Source of the DNA: Acidobacteriota bacterium | Lineage (GTDB): Bacteria > Acidobacteriota > UBA6911 > RPQK01 > JAJDTT01 | Length of the DNA: 64,000 bases | Direction: 5' to 3' | Assembly (NCBI GenBank): GCA_965217775.1 | Contig: CBDCJH010000002.1 | Coordinates: 1,600,001-1,664,000 of the forward strand | Shown: piece by piece, positions 20,931 through 30,706 of the stretch | Position numbering within the stretch: position 1 is the stretch's first letter | Layout of the letters: every line of letters starts with the position of its first letter | Made by a program: the position numbers and the translations under genes | The notes under the pieces: generated by a model | What the model saw: only the letters and a program-made list of their open reading frames with translations | Database searches by the model: none | Told to the model about the DNA's origin: nothing

Positions 20931-22895
20931 TCATTCGTTCAAATGCATGCGTCGATCATCCCTCTGTTCCAGGAGTCGGCGGAAGGCGCTCTCTTTCAGG
21001 ACCCCTCGTGCCTCGACGAGCATTTCTGTTGCAAAATGCTCCTGGCCGGCAGGTTTTGTACTCCCCCAGATCTCAAAAGCCCGCTCTCGGACCGTACGCC
21101 GATGGTCCGGGCTCCCCACGAAACTGTAATGGAATTCGGAATCTCGGCCGGCGGTCTCTGAAAACTCCGGTAGCTGCCGCAGGGACCGATAGGCCGCAAA
21201 CCGCACCGCATCGTAAGGATCCTCCAATAACTGGGCAAGATACGGTCCCATCCAGTGTGACCCGGAGACCTGCTGCGCTGCGTGCCAACCCATGCTCCAA
21301 GCGACCAGCGCACGCTGACCCGCATCTCCACTCAGAATCCAGAGGACAGAGGCGGCGATGGAGCGCTGATCGGCTGTCAGCCGGGGGCCGGGTATCAGAT
21401 GCCATGCCTCGAGATGATCGGAAGTCCATGCCAGCGTCTTGTCCAGATGACATAGGTTGCATGCATTGGGTCGACCGGTCTGAAGGCTGCTGGTCACGGT
21501 CGGACTGTCGATCTGGTGGCTGCGGATGGCCTTGAGGAGTCCCCACGTCGTGTGAGGCATATGGCAGTTGTAACAGCTGCTCCCGGTGGAGTCCGGCTGG
21601 TGGTGGGTGTGATCAGTCAGCCGCTTGTGACCTTCGAATTGCGGATGACACTGCAAACATGCCTGGTTGCTGTCCATGCCCAGAGTCAACTGATCGTCGG
21701 CCCACTGTTTCAGTGACCTGGGATCGTCTGTGGGCCTGTGCATAGTGTGACAGGAAAGGCAAGAGAAATCGCCGCCTCGATAGCAGGGTGACTCGATCAG
21801 TCCATTGTGCTCTCTTCCGGACACGCGAATCATTCCGTCCGCCCAGAAGCTCGTCCCCGGACATTCCGTACTCGAGTTGCACCGGCTCTGTGCCGCGAGC
21901 TCTTGAGCGTCCGGCCGCAGGCGCCGGGTCTCTTCCAGGTCCCGGCCCGGCCGGTACCGCCAGCCGTCCTTGGCGTATTCCCGTTCGTAATCTCTGGTGA
22001 TGAAGCTCAGGCCATGGCACTGACCACATACATGGGAGGAGAGACGCGCCGAAAGACGTCTGGGATTGACGATGGTTCGGTCCGGCCTGCTGCCCCCATA
22101 GAACTCATACCGGCGTCGCGGATCGCGGTTGGCACGTACATGCCTTTCACCTGGACCGTGACACGCCTCGCAGGCAATGCCAAATTCTCCCACGGTGGTG
22201 TCAACCTGCGCCGGCCCATGGATGCGCGGCCGGCCTCGCGTCACATGGCACTGGGTACAATTCTTGTGCCAATTCCCAAATGGAATCGGCGAATCCGGCG
22301 GGGTCAGCAATACCGAAACGTCGGGGATCCATTGTTGCTCAGGAATGCGGTAGACGAAGGGCAATCTGCCAATCCTGCGTCCCTGGCCGGTCTCGAACCA
22401 GTAGTCCTGCTCATGGTGGGAACCGGTTGTCAGGACGATCCGTCTGCGTACGGGTCCTCTACCGGCGCCGTTTTCCGGGTCGTCCATCTCTACCCAGAAT
22501 TCATCCTCTGCGTGGCCGAGACGGTACTTCTTTCCCCGGCTCTCGAGCTCAACTCCAGCGAAAGGGGCGACCACTGCCTGGGGAGTGGCCACCTGCGTCA
22601 TTCTGGGGTGGTAGGAGCCCTTCCAGCTGGCGTACTGTTCCGGATGGCAAGATTGGCACGTCCCTGAAGAGACATACCCTTCGCCAGCGAGTTGGATGGG
22701 ACGGTTTCTTACATCTTGCTCTTCTACGATCCGGTCCAGGTTCCGGACAATGGTCCAGCCGACCGCGACCGAGCCAACCAGACCTGCAGCTACGATGACG
22801 AGGACCGCGCGAGACCTCCCCAACTGGGGGTGGTGCCTCAGGGGAAACAGAGCGAGCAGCAGCAGCGCCGCTGCCACCAACGCTTCAAAGCTCAT
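20931..22895 (-). CDS. Membrane-anchored multiheme (8 CxxCH) cytochrome c with C-terminal HEAT-like repeat
   Basis: CQSCH, CTQCH, CEACH, CGQCH, CLSCH, CLQCH, CYNCH, CNLCH; two N-terminal TM segments; LLEDPYDAVRFAA. Confidence 0.9.
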   Translation of the reverse strand: MSFEALVAAALLLLALFPLRHHPQLGRSRAVLVIVAAGLVGSVAVGWTIVRNLDRIVEEQDVRNRPIQLAGEGYVSSGTCQSCHPEQYASWKGSYHPRMTQVATPQAVVAPFAGVELESRGKKYRLGHAEDEFWVEMDDPENGAGRGPVRRRIVLTTGSHHEQDYWFETGQGRRIGRLPFVYRIPEQQWIPDVSVLLTPPDSPIPFGNWHKNCTQCHVTRGRPRIHGPAQVDTTVGEFGIACEACHGPGERHVRANRDPRRRYEFYGGSRPDRTIVNPRRLSARLSSHVCGQCHGLSFITRDYEREYAKDGWRYRPGRDLEETRRLRPDAQELAAQSRCNSSTECPGTSFWADGMIRVSGREHNGLIESPCYRGGDFSCLSCHTMHRPTDDPRSLKQWADDQLTLGMDSNQACLQCHPQFEGHKRLTDHTHHQPDSTGSSCYNCHMPHTTWGLLKAIRSHQIDSPTVTSSLQTGRPNACNLCHLDKTLAWTSDHLEAWHLIPGPRLTADQRSIAASVLWILSGDAGQRALVAWSMGWHAAQQVSGSHWMGPYLAQLLEDPYDAVRFAAYRSLRQLPEFSETAGRDSEFHYSFVGSPDHRRTVRERAFEIWGSTKPAGQEHFATEMLVEARGVLKESAFRRLLEQRDDRRMHLNE

Positions 22896-22988
22896 CGGTC
22901 TCGATCGTGTGAGATGATTCGCCCGCCGACCGGTACCTGGTGCTGGAATGGGCCGATCCAGGTACCCGTCTGTGCTCCCGGGCCTTTA

Positions 22989-23143
22989 CAGTCCGTGGTG
23001 AAAGTCCCGCGAGCACCGAGACCGTTCCTGCGCCCGCCGGACAAGGCGCAACGGAGGGGACCGGGAGTATGTGAGCCGATAGCAACGCAGTCCGCCGGGA
23101 TGCAGGGACGGTCGAATGCCGTGACGACGTTTGCCACGGGCTG
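22989..23143 (+). mobile_element. MITE-A copy 3 (155 bp, altered centre)
   Basis: Same TIRs; TTTA duplicated on both sides; centre diverged and 3 bp shorter. Confidence 0.9.
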
Positions 23144-23312
23144 TTTATTCGCCCAATGCCCGAATCCTACTAGAAAGGGACGGTTGAGTGAAAGCTGATA
23201 GGGGTTGGTGCCGGATCGTCTCTCAGTTCGCTTCTGCTACAATTCATGGGTTGCGTTTCCAGCAACGAGTCGTCCGTGACCTCACAGGGCTTCAGGAGAT
23301 GAGCCCGCTTTC

Positions 23313-23786
23313 ATGAGGCGGAGAGTCAAGAGTAGATCGATCAAGCGCAGATCCTCGGACTGCGTTCGCAGACACCTGAGGATCGGGTGGTGGTCGCTTC
23401 TGGCATTCTTGACTCTGGGGCTGGGACTGGAGGCCCTGCACGGCTGGAAGGCCGGTTGGTATCTGGACGCGTCCCAAGAAGCTCGACGACTGATGTGGAC
23501 TCTAGCCCACGCCCACGGCACCCTGCTGTCGCTGGTTCATGTCGGCTTTGCCCTGACGGTTCATCTGATTCCGGCCTGGGATGCGGGTCGCCGCGATCTC
23601 GCTTCACGCTGTCTGGTAGCAGCGATTGTGCTCATCCCACTCGGATTCTTCCTGGGAGGGATCTTCATTCACGGGGGTGATCCAGGCTTGGGCACCCTCC
23701 TGGTCCCCCCGGGAGCTGTTCTGCTCTTTGTGGCGGTTTTCCTGACGGCTCGGGCAGTGAGGTCTTTCGACAGCGCGGCTCGGTAG
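23313..23786 (+). CDS. Hypothetical four-TM membrane protein
   Basis: Four hydrophobic helices; LAHAHGTL motif. Confidence 0.75.
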   Translation: MRRRVKSRSIKRRSSDCVRRHLRIGWWSLLAFLTLGLGLEALHGWKAGWYLDASQEARRLMWTLAHAHGTLLSLVHVGFALTVHLIPAWDAGRRDLASRCLVAAIVLIPLGFFLGGIFIHGGDPGLGTLLVPPGAVLLFVAVFLTARAVRSFDSAAR

Positions 23787-23910
23787 GTTTGCAGGAACCT
23801 CCATCGTTTCACTTCAGAGCCACAGACGGAACCATCGGGAATAAACAGACCAAACAAGATTCGTCGCCATCCACTGGGATTGCCTTGCCCGATCCGAAGA
23901 GCCGGCCTGG

Positions 23911-24960
23911 ATGCCCCACGATGATAAAATCGTCAGATTGAGTGATCGTAGGGCAGACCACATCGGGGCCGCGCTGACGACCTGCGAATGGGCAAGAAAA
24001 CTCCTTGGGCCCGATGGCAGCTTCGCCGGGAGCGAGGGCAGCATCGCCGGTTTCTACAAGGCGCCACGTGCCTTTGCGACAGCGGGCCTCGTCCGTGAGG
24101 CTGAGGCCGTAACCGGGTATGTCCGTCGGCATTTTTTTGCCAACGGGGACTTCAATCGAGGCCGGGACGAAGCCGCGCTCGATGGCGCCAACTACTTCAA
24201 CGCCTGGTTGTGTTGGGGGACCCATACGATTGGCGCTTACGATCTCTCCTACCCTGGAGGTGACCACCTGGAAAGGGTGCAGCATCCTGCCCTGGGGGGT
24301 ATCCCGGAATGCCCCAAACCGTCTCCGGCCGAACAGGAAATCGAATGGGGAGCAACCGCCTCAGCCATCGTCGCTTTCATCGCAATGGGACGCCTGTCAC
24401 AGGCGGTTCGAGTAGGCGAGTGTCTGCTGAACCGATTCCTCCGCGGTCAGCCGCAGCCTGGAGCCTCGCTCTACCTCAGAATGGACTGGGAAGGCAGTTG
24501 GAAGACACGGTTCATTGCCGACGATGCGCCCAGGCACGTCATCGAATTTGGGAAGCCAGGTCAGCTTTACTGGTACTTTGGGATCGGCATGGCGGCCTTG
24601 GGACACCTGTACCTGGCAACCGGCGAGGACCGGTTCCTCGAAGGCGGCCTTACCCTGTTCCGGTGGGCACAGAAGTGTCGTCCCTGGGCGTTTGAAGCGC
24701 TGACAGCGGCCAAAGTTGGTTGGGGGGCATCGGTACTCTACCGTTGTACAGGTGACGTTCGCCTCGCACAGGCGTCCAGGAAGGTGGGAAGCATGCTGCT
24801 GCAAACGCAGGAGGCCAACGGCGTCTGGCTGCGCCGCCCGGAATACTCGAGCTATGACGAACAGCCCATCGATCGATCCTTGGACACGAGTCTGGAACGC
24901 GTCTGCTGGCTGTACGAAATCGCCCGGGCCCTAAGCTCCAAATCACTCGAAGAAATATAG
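23911..24960 (+). CDS. Hypothetical protein, probable alpha/alpha-barrel fold
   Basis: 349-aa ORF; LGPDGSF and LQTQEANGVW resemble prenyltransferase/terpene-cyclase-like repeats. Confidence 0.6.
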   Translation: MPHDDKIVRLSDRRADHIGAALTTCEWARKLLGPDGSFAGSEGSIAGFYKAPRAFATAGLVREAEAVTGYVRRHFFANGDFNRGRDEAALDGANYFNAWLCWGTHTIGAYDLSYPGGDHLERVQHPALGGIPECPKPSPAEQEIEWGATASAIVAFIAMGRLSQAVRVGECLLNRFLRGQPQPGASLYLRMDWEGSWKTRFIADDAPRHVIEFGKPGQLYWYFGIGMAALGHLYLATGEDRFLEGGLTLFRWAQKCRPWAFEALTAAKVGWGASVLYRCTGDVRLAQASRKVGSMLLQTQEANGVWLRRPEYSSYDEQPIDRSLDTSLERVCWLYEIARALSSKSLEEI

Positions 24961-25118
24961 CAGTCCGTGGTGAAAGTCCCGCGAGCACCGAGACCGTTCC
25001 TGCGCCCGCCGGACAAGGCGCGATTCGGGTGCATACCGGGAGTATGTGCCCGAATCGCAACGCCGTCCGCCGGGATGCAGGGACGGTCGAATGCCGTGAT
25101 GACTTTTGCCACGGGCTG
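24961..25118 (+). mobile_element. MITE-A copy 4 (158 bp)
   Basis: ATAG duplicated on both sides; the left copy contains the upstream gene's TAG stop. Confidence 0.93.
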
Positions 25119-25168
25119 ATAGCAGCAAGGGGAAGCCTGATTCCGGGGAATAAGAGGACGTAGCAATC

Positions 25169-26317
25169 ATGCGCGGGTTTCAACCGTTCCAGATGGAACG
25201 CATGCTGTCCAGGTTCGAGAAAGAGGTGGAATACAATCTTTCCGAAAGCGGCGTCCATCCGGTCTTGCTCCGGGAACTCGTGGATCGGGAGAACGGCTAT
25301 CTGCAAAGCTTGCTGGACACCGATCTGAACTACCCCCACACCAATGGAATCCCCCAGCTTCGGCAGAACATCGCGCGGCTCTATCAGGGCGGCACACCGG
25401 AGAACGTCCTGGTAACGGTCGGGGCGATTGAAGCCAACTACCTGGTGCTGAAGACCCTTCTGGCCGCCGGTGACGAGATCGTCGTGATGCTCCCGAATTA
25501 CATGCAGATCTGGGGACTGGCCAAGAACCATGGCCTGGCGTTGAAGACCTTTCATCCGCGGGAGGAAACGGGCTGGACGCCCGACTTGGCGGAACTGGAG
25601 TCGGTGGTGACGGCCAGCACCCGGCTGATAGCGGTGTGCAATCCCAACAATCCGACCGGGAGCGTTCTTTCCGAATCCGAGATGGACGCCATCATCAACA
25701 TCGCTGACCGGGTCGGAAGCTGGATCCTTGCCGATGAAGTCTATGCTGGGGCCGAGCGCCTCACCGACGAGGAGACGCCTTCCTTTTATGGGCGGTACGA
25801 CAAGGCCCTCGTGACGGGGAGCCTGAGCAAGGCCTACGGACTACCGGGCCTCAGGATCGGCTGGGTAGTGGCACCGGCCGGCATCGTGGATGATATCTGG
25901 GCACGCCATGAATACACGACGATCAGTGCGACAATGCTCTCAAACCAACTGGCAGCCCTGGCGCTGTCTCCCGAAGTTCGCCCCTGGCTGTTACGCCGCA
26001 CTCGTTCCTACATCCGTCGAGGTTATCCCGTACTCCGGAGCTGGATGGATCTGCATCCGGGCAGCTTCAGCCTGAGGCCGCCGGACGCTGGGGCGATCGC
26101 CTTCATTCGCTACCATTTCGACGTCAACTCGACTCGGCTCGTGGAACGAATCGCCTTGGAGAAGAGTGTCCTGATCGTACCGGGGGATCACTTTGGCATC
26201 GATCACTTCGTGCGGGTGAGTTTCGGCCTGCCGCACAGTTACCTACGGTCTGTCTTGGACAGATTTCACGATATGATCGAGGAACTATCTTTGAGATCGA
26301 TACCCCGGAACGACTGA
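25169..26317 (+). CDS. PLP-dependent aminotransferase class I/II
   Basis: CNPNNPTG, ADEVY, GSLSKAYGLPGLRIGW (PLP lysine). Confidence 0.93.
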   Translation: MRGFQPFQMERMLSRFEKEVEYNLSESGVHPVLLRELVDRENGYLQSLLDTDLNYPHTNGIPQLRQNIARLYQGGTPENVLVTVGAIEANYLVLKTLLAAGDEIVVMLPNYMQIWGLAKNHGLALKTFHPREETGWTPDLAELESVVTASTRLIAVCNPNNPTGSVLSESEMDAIINIADRVGSWILADEVYAGAERLTDEETPSFYGRYDKALVTGSLSKAYGLPGLRIGWVVAPAGIVDDIWARHEYTTISATMLSNQLAALALSPEVRPWLLRRTRSYIRRGYPVLRSWMDLHPGSFSLRPPDAGAIAFIRYHFDVNSTRLVERIALEKSVLIVPGDHFGIDHFVRVSFGLPHSYLRSVLDRFHDMIEELSLRSIPRND

Positions 26318-26371
26318 CCGCCGCCAACCCAAACGGTCAATCCTGCCGACGAATCAGAATTGGAGGTCCGG

Positions 26372-27520
26372 ATGAGATTACAAATTGTCGATGAAGGCGT
26401 TGTCTGGAAGAACAGGCACGCTTCTGTGCGCTCGCTGTTTGCCTGGCACGGACACACCGTGAACCTGGGTGGCGGAGAGTTGCTGCATGCCATGCGCGTG
26501 GGACAGGCCAGGTCGAGCCTCGACTGCCGCTGCCTGATCGTCCGCTCCACCGACAGCGGGAGGACCTGGAACGAAACCACTCCGCTCCTGGCTGATGAGG
26601 ACCGCGATCCTGACTACAGCTACTTCACGGCTCGGCTCGGGATGACCAGCGATGGGAGGTTGTGGGCGAGTTCGATCCGATTCCACCAGATCGAACCGGA
26701 AGACGCACGCTGGACGGCCGCAAACGGAGGATGGATCGACTGCGAGAATTTTATTTGCACCTCTTCGGACCGGGGCCAGAGCTGGTCCAGTCCTCTGTAT
26801 GTCGGTCCGGAACGTCCTGAGGGCGGTTTTCCCACACTGGCTTCACCCATCTACGAGTTGGCTTCGGGGGAGTTGATGCTGGTGTTCGAAGCTTACTTCA
26901 CCCGGACCATGGAGCAGATGCGTCACCGCGTGACCGCCCTGTACAGTCGCGACGGCGGAGACAGTTGGGGGGAGCAAACGGTCATCGCCCAGGACCCGAA
27001 GCATCAGCTGATCTATTTTGACCCGAGGCTGACACGCTTGGCTGACGGCAGGTGGATCTGCTTCTTCTGGACCCACGACAAGCAGACCGACGAGGCGTTG
27101 AATACCACAGTCGCCTATTCCGAGGATGGCCACGACTGGACGTCTCCCCGGTCCACTCAACTGTGGGGATTCCCCACGCTGCCCTTGACGCTCCCCGACG
27201 GGAGACTGTTTGCGGTCTACAACTATCGACGGATGCCCCAGGGAGTCCGCTGCGCCGTCAGTGAGGACCACGGAAAGAACTGGGACATGCGTCAGGAGTA
27301 CGTCCTCTGGGACCAGATGGAACGACGCGCTACCGGAGAAACAGCCTCCAGCGGTCAGGCCAGGGATTGGGAGGGAAGTTGCCTGGCTGAAATGTTCACC
27401 TGGGATTTCGGCGTTCCGGAACCGACCTTGATGGACGACGGCACCGTCCTGGTCACCTTCTACGCAACCGAGTTAGATCACGTCACCCATCAGCGCTACG
27501 TCAGGATTCAGATTGATTGA
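26372..27520 (+). CDS. Sialidase-like BNR-repeat protein
   Basis: Asp boxes STDSGRTW, SSDRGQSW, SRDGGDSW, SEDHGKNW. Confidence 0.85.
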   Translation: MRLQIVDEGVVWKNRHASVRSLFAWHGHTVNLGGGELLHAMRVGQARSSLDCRCLIVRSTDSGRTWNETTPLLADEDRDPDYSYFTARLGMTSDGRLWASSIRFHQIEPEDARWTAANGGWIDCENFICTSSDRGQSWSSPLYVGPERPEGGFPTLASPIYELASGELMLVFEAYFTRTMEQMRHRVTALYSRDGGDSWGEQTVIAQDPKHQLIYFDPRLTRLADGRWICFFWTHDKQTDEALNTTVAYSEDGHDWTSPRSTQLWGFPTLPLTLPDGRLFAVYNYRRMPQGVRCAVSEDHGKNWDMRQEYVLWDQMERRATGETASSGQARDWEGSCLAEMFTWDFGVPEPTLMDDGTVLVTFYATELDHVTHQRYVRIQID

Positions 27521-27670
27521 TGGTGAGGCGTCGCTTTCCTTGCCCTTGCCTACGGCCCCCCGGTTAGGAATTCGTGTTAGCGATGAGCCTGGGTGAGAAA
27601 GATGAAGTCGGGCTCGGCTGAGAAGACGACTCAGAACATACAAACCTCCACGGCGGTTTGAGGCCGCTCC

Positions 27671-30532
27671 CTACTCATAGCGGACTGCAACTTCCGTCAG
27701 AACAGGATAGTCCGCTCCGTTCTGGGAGCGAAAGAGGGCCCGGTACTGGAGCCATTCGTTCCCTTCCTGAATTCCTTCGAGAGCTACCATCGAGCTCGCA
27801 TAGAAACTTCCCGAGCCGTTCGGCCCCCGCCAAGGTGAGGACTTCAGTCCCTCTTCGGAGTCGCTGCTGCGGACCTGAAAGAGCAAGCTCGTTCCTGGAG
27901 GCACTTCCGCCTTCCAACTGAGCCGGGTGAACCGTCTACCAGCCGGCACGTCGATAGCCGGGGACAGATATTCCTCCTCAAACTCCCGGCTGTACAGATT
28001 GCCCGGATCCGTCAACTGGGAATGGTGGGGTCCGAAGGTGGGCAGATGGGTCCGCCGGGCTACGGACAAACCTTCCGCGCCGCCCCAATAGATGTAGGAA
28101 TCCAGGTCATGATTTCCATCCCTGATGTGGTTGTGCACCACCAGGTCGCGATACCCATCCCGGTTCAAGTCCAGAATCTGTAAACCGCTGGAAGATTCGG
28201 CCGGCAAGGCCGTCCGCTTCGATTTTCCATAGCGGCGCCGGCCGTCTCCCCAGTAAATGAGAACCGGCAGGGTCCGGGTGTGATTCGACAGGTAACTGAC
28301 CAGAACCAGATCCAGATTGCCGTCGTGATTCAGATCGGCGATGGCCATTTCGGGGGTGTGGAAACTCTCCAATTCCTGCGCCTGGTCGCGCTGGAAACCA
28401 CCAGGACCACCCCAGTAGATGATGGTGCGCGTGTCGTAACTTCGCGTTTCCGGGATCTGCCGGCCGGCGAAAACCAGGTCCAACCAGCCATCCGCATCCA
28501 GGTCCGCTACCTCGATACTCGCTGCGGGCGTTTCGATCACCGTACTCTTCTCCAGCCCTGCCGGGCTTCCCCATAGAAACTGAGCGCGATTGGCCGAGGC
28601 GTCCGGAAAAACCACGTCCAGGTATCCATCCTTGTTCAGATCCGCAACGCTGTGGGTCAAAGAGGTCTTGATTTCCAACTCGAGCTGCTTCCGCTCTCCC
28701 TTCACGAACCCATCGGACCCTCCCCACAGGATCGTCGACCGCGCCTTCCCGTTGCCACGGTGGGAAAAAAGCAGGTCCAGGTAGCCATCCCGGTTGAAAT
28801 CGGCCGCACTGGCGTTATAAGCACCCGACACCTCCACCTCTTGACGCCGGTCGACGGAGTAGCCGTCGGGTCCACCCCAGTAGAGATAGGCGGGGCCGCT
28901 ATTACAGATCACGACGTCCGTCCAGCCGTCGTCGTTGAGATCGGCGGTAATGGATCCGTAGGCCCCGACGCTGGGCAGTGTCGTCACGGAAGCTGTGGAA
29001 TAGTAGTGGTGTGGGTTTCCCCAATAGATGAGGCTGTCAACCTCCGCTTCGTTGGTGCCGCTGGTCTGGTTGATCAAGAGGACGTCTGGCCTCTCGTCCC
29101 GATTGAAGTCGCCGGCCCTTACGCTTACGGCTCCAAAGCCCGTGAGGTCGCTACGCAGGTAAGAAGCGTAACCGGTAGCACTCCCCCAGTAGATGTAGGA
29201 TGGAACATCTGCCGTCTCGGCATCCCCGGAGTTGGCGAACACCAGATCGACATGGCCGTCGGAGTTGAGGTCGGCGGCGTCCACGCCTCTCGCTCGCAGT
29301 GTAGGCAGCACCGTGGAGGGCGCTTTGGCAAAACCCTCCGGGGAGGCGTAGAAAACCGACGAGGCCGCCGCATCCGGATTGGCAAAGGCAAGGTCGACCA
29401 GAGCATCGCCGTTCAAGTCCTGAATCACACAATCCTCAGCAGCTTCCACAGCGAGCATCTGCTTGCGGCTCACGTCGATCCGGCTGCCGTCTCCCGGGAA
29501 AATCCAGGCATGGGATGCCCCGGTCGTTATCACCAGATCGGGACGGCCGTCACGGTTCAGGTCTCCGGAGACGAGACTGGTTGCGCCTTCGACCGAAAAA
29601 CGCTGAACCTCCTCTCGTGAGAAGCCCTCAGGAGCTCCCCAGTAGATGACACAACTCTGCTCCTGTTGACTGTTGTTGACGAAGGCGATGTCGGGTCGGC
29701 CGTCACGGTTCCAGTCGTCGATCGCAACATCTCGGGCTCCAAACGAGGGAAGGGGAGTGCGATTGGCCTCCAGAAAGCCCTCCGGATGGCCCCAGTAAAC
29801 GTAGGACGGGTATCGATCCCGCTCGCTCTCCTGGAGTCCCCGGGCTCCCTCCAGCCCCTGGTTGGCGAAGACCAGATCGGTGAACCCGTCCTGGTTGAGG
29901 TCGGCTGCCGCCACTCCACTTGCCCAGAGTGTCGGCAGCTCTTTTCTGCGGTGGGGTCGGTAGCCGTCCGGTCCTCCCTGATAGACGTAGGCGGTGCGTT
30001 GGCCGGGATAGTTGTGGATGTAGTTGGTGAAGACGATTTCCGGATAGCCATCGTTGGTCAGATCGGTGACCAGCGAGCGCCCGCCCCCGAAGGCGGGCAG
30101 GCTGGTGATCCCAGGACTCCCTTGGGACAACCGTCTGACCAGGGCCAGGCGAGGCTGCAATTCGGGCAAGGGGGGCAGCATTGATTCGAATCCGTGGGCT
30201 GTCCCCCAATAGATCAACGCCTCCGGGTTTTCGATGACGTCATGACTGCTGGTAAAGAGCAGATCCGGATAACCATCCCGGTTCAGGTCCCAGCGGTTGA
30301 TCACCTGAATCCGCGCGGAACGGGAGACGTACAGGTTTTGTCCGCTGTTGCCGGTTTGTCCGCGACGGAAATCTTCGAAGGAGGCATGACGTACCCACGT
30401 CCCCGAGTCGGATCGTTCGGGTCCAGGTGCGGCTGGATGGCTCTCCCCGAGGCCCAGATTGAGGCTCACTCCCAAGCAGAGGAGCAGACCTGCTGTCTGC
30501 CCGGCCGTTGCGCGGCGCCTGATTCTCCTCAT
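27671..30532 (-). CDS. FG-GAP/VCBS repeat protein, secreted
   Basis: Many DLNxDGxxDL...(I/L)YWG repeats. Confidence 0.88.
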   Translation of the reverse strand: MRRIRRRATAGQTAGLLLCLGVSLNLGLGESHPAAPGPERSDSGTWVRHASFEDFRRGQTGNSGQNLYVSRSARIQVINRWDLNRDGYPDLLFTSSHDVIENPEALIYWGTAHGFESMLPPLPELQPRLALVRRLSQGSPGITSLPAFGGGRSLVTDLTNDGYPEIVFTNYIHNYPGQRTAYVYQGGPDGYRPHRRKELPTLWASGVAAADLNQDGFTDLVFANQGLEGARGLQESERDRYPSYVYWGHPEGFLEANRTPLPSFGARDVAIDDWNRDGRPDIAFVNNSQQEQSCVIYWGAPEGFSREEVQRFSVEGATSLVSGDLNRDGRPDLVITTGASHAWIFPGDGSRIDVSRKQMLAVEAAEDCVIQDLNGDALVDLAFANPDAAASSVFYASPEGFAKAPSTVLPTLRARGVDAADLNSDGHVDLVFANSGDAETADVPSYIYWGSATGYASYLRSDLTGFGAVSVRAGDFNRDERPDVLLINQTSGTNEAEVDSLIYWGNPHHYYSTASVTTLPSVGAYGSITADLNDDGWTDVVICNSGPAYLYWGGPDGYSVDRRQEVEVSGAYNASAADFNRDGYLDLLFSHRGNGKARSTILWGGSDGFVKGERKQLELEIKTSLTHSVADLNKDGYLDVVFPDASANRAQFLWGSPAGLEKSTVIETPAASIEVADLDADGWLDLVFAGRQIPETRSYDTRTIIYWGGPGGFQRDQAQELESFHTPEMAIADLNHDGNLDLVLVSYLSNHTRTLPVLIYWGDGRRRYGKSKRTALPAESSSGLQILDLNRDGYRDLVVHNHIRDGNHDLDSYIYWGGAEGLSVARRTHLPTFGPHHSQLTDPGNLYSREFEEEYLSPAIDVPAGRRFTRLSWKAEVPPGTSLLFQVRSSDSEEGLKSSPWRGPNGSGSFYASSMVALEGIQEGNEWLQYRALFRSQNGADYPVLTEVAVRYE

Positions 30533-30706
30533 TGTTTCAGTCGAAACGAGCACAGTTTCGCATTCTTGATCAGAATACGGAGCCTGATGCTGCGTCCCTG
30601 CAGCGAATGAAGGCCAGCGTGATCTTCCCAGGTCACCAGCCGCCAAAACGAAGTTTCAGCTTAATCCTGCCTGGCAGCAGGCGATCATTCAGCGGAGCAC
30701 TCCGTG

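Noticed and set aside
13700-25170. Small ORFs containing SPWQKSSRH, ARGKSRHG or AKVVTAFDRP
   Set aside because: These are translations of MITE-A, not independent genes
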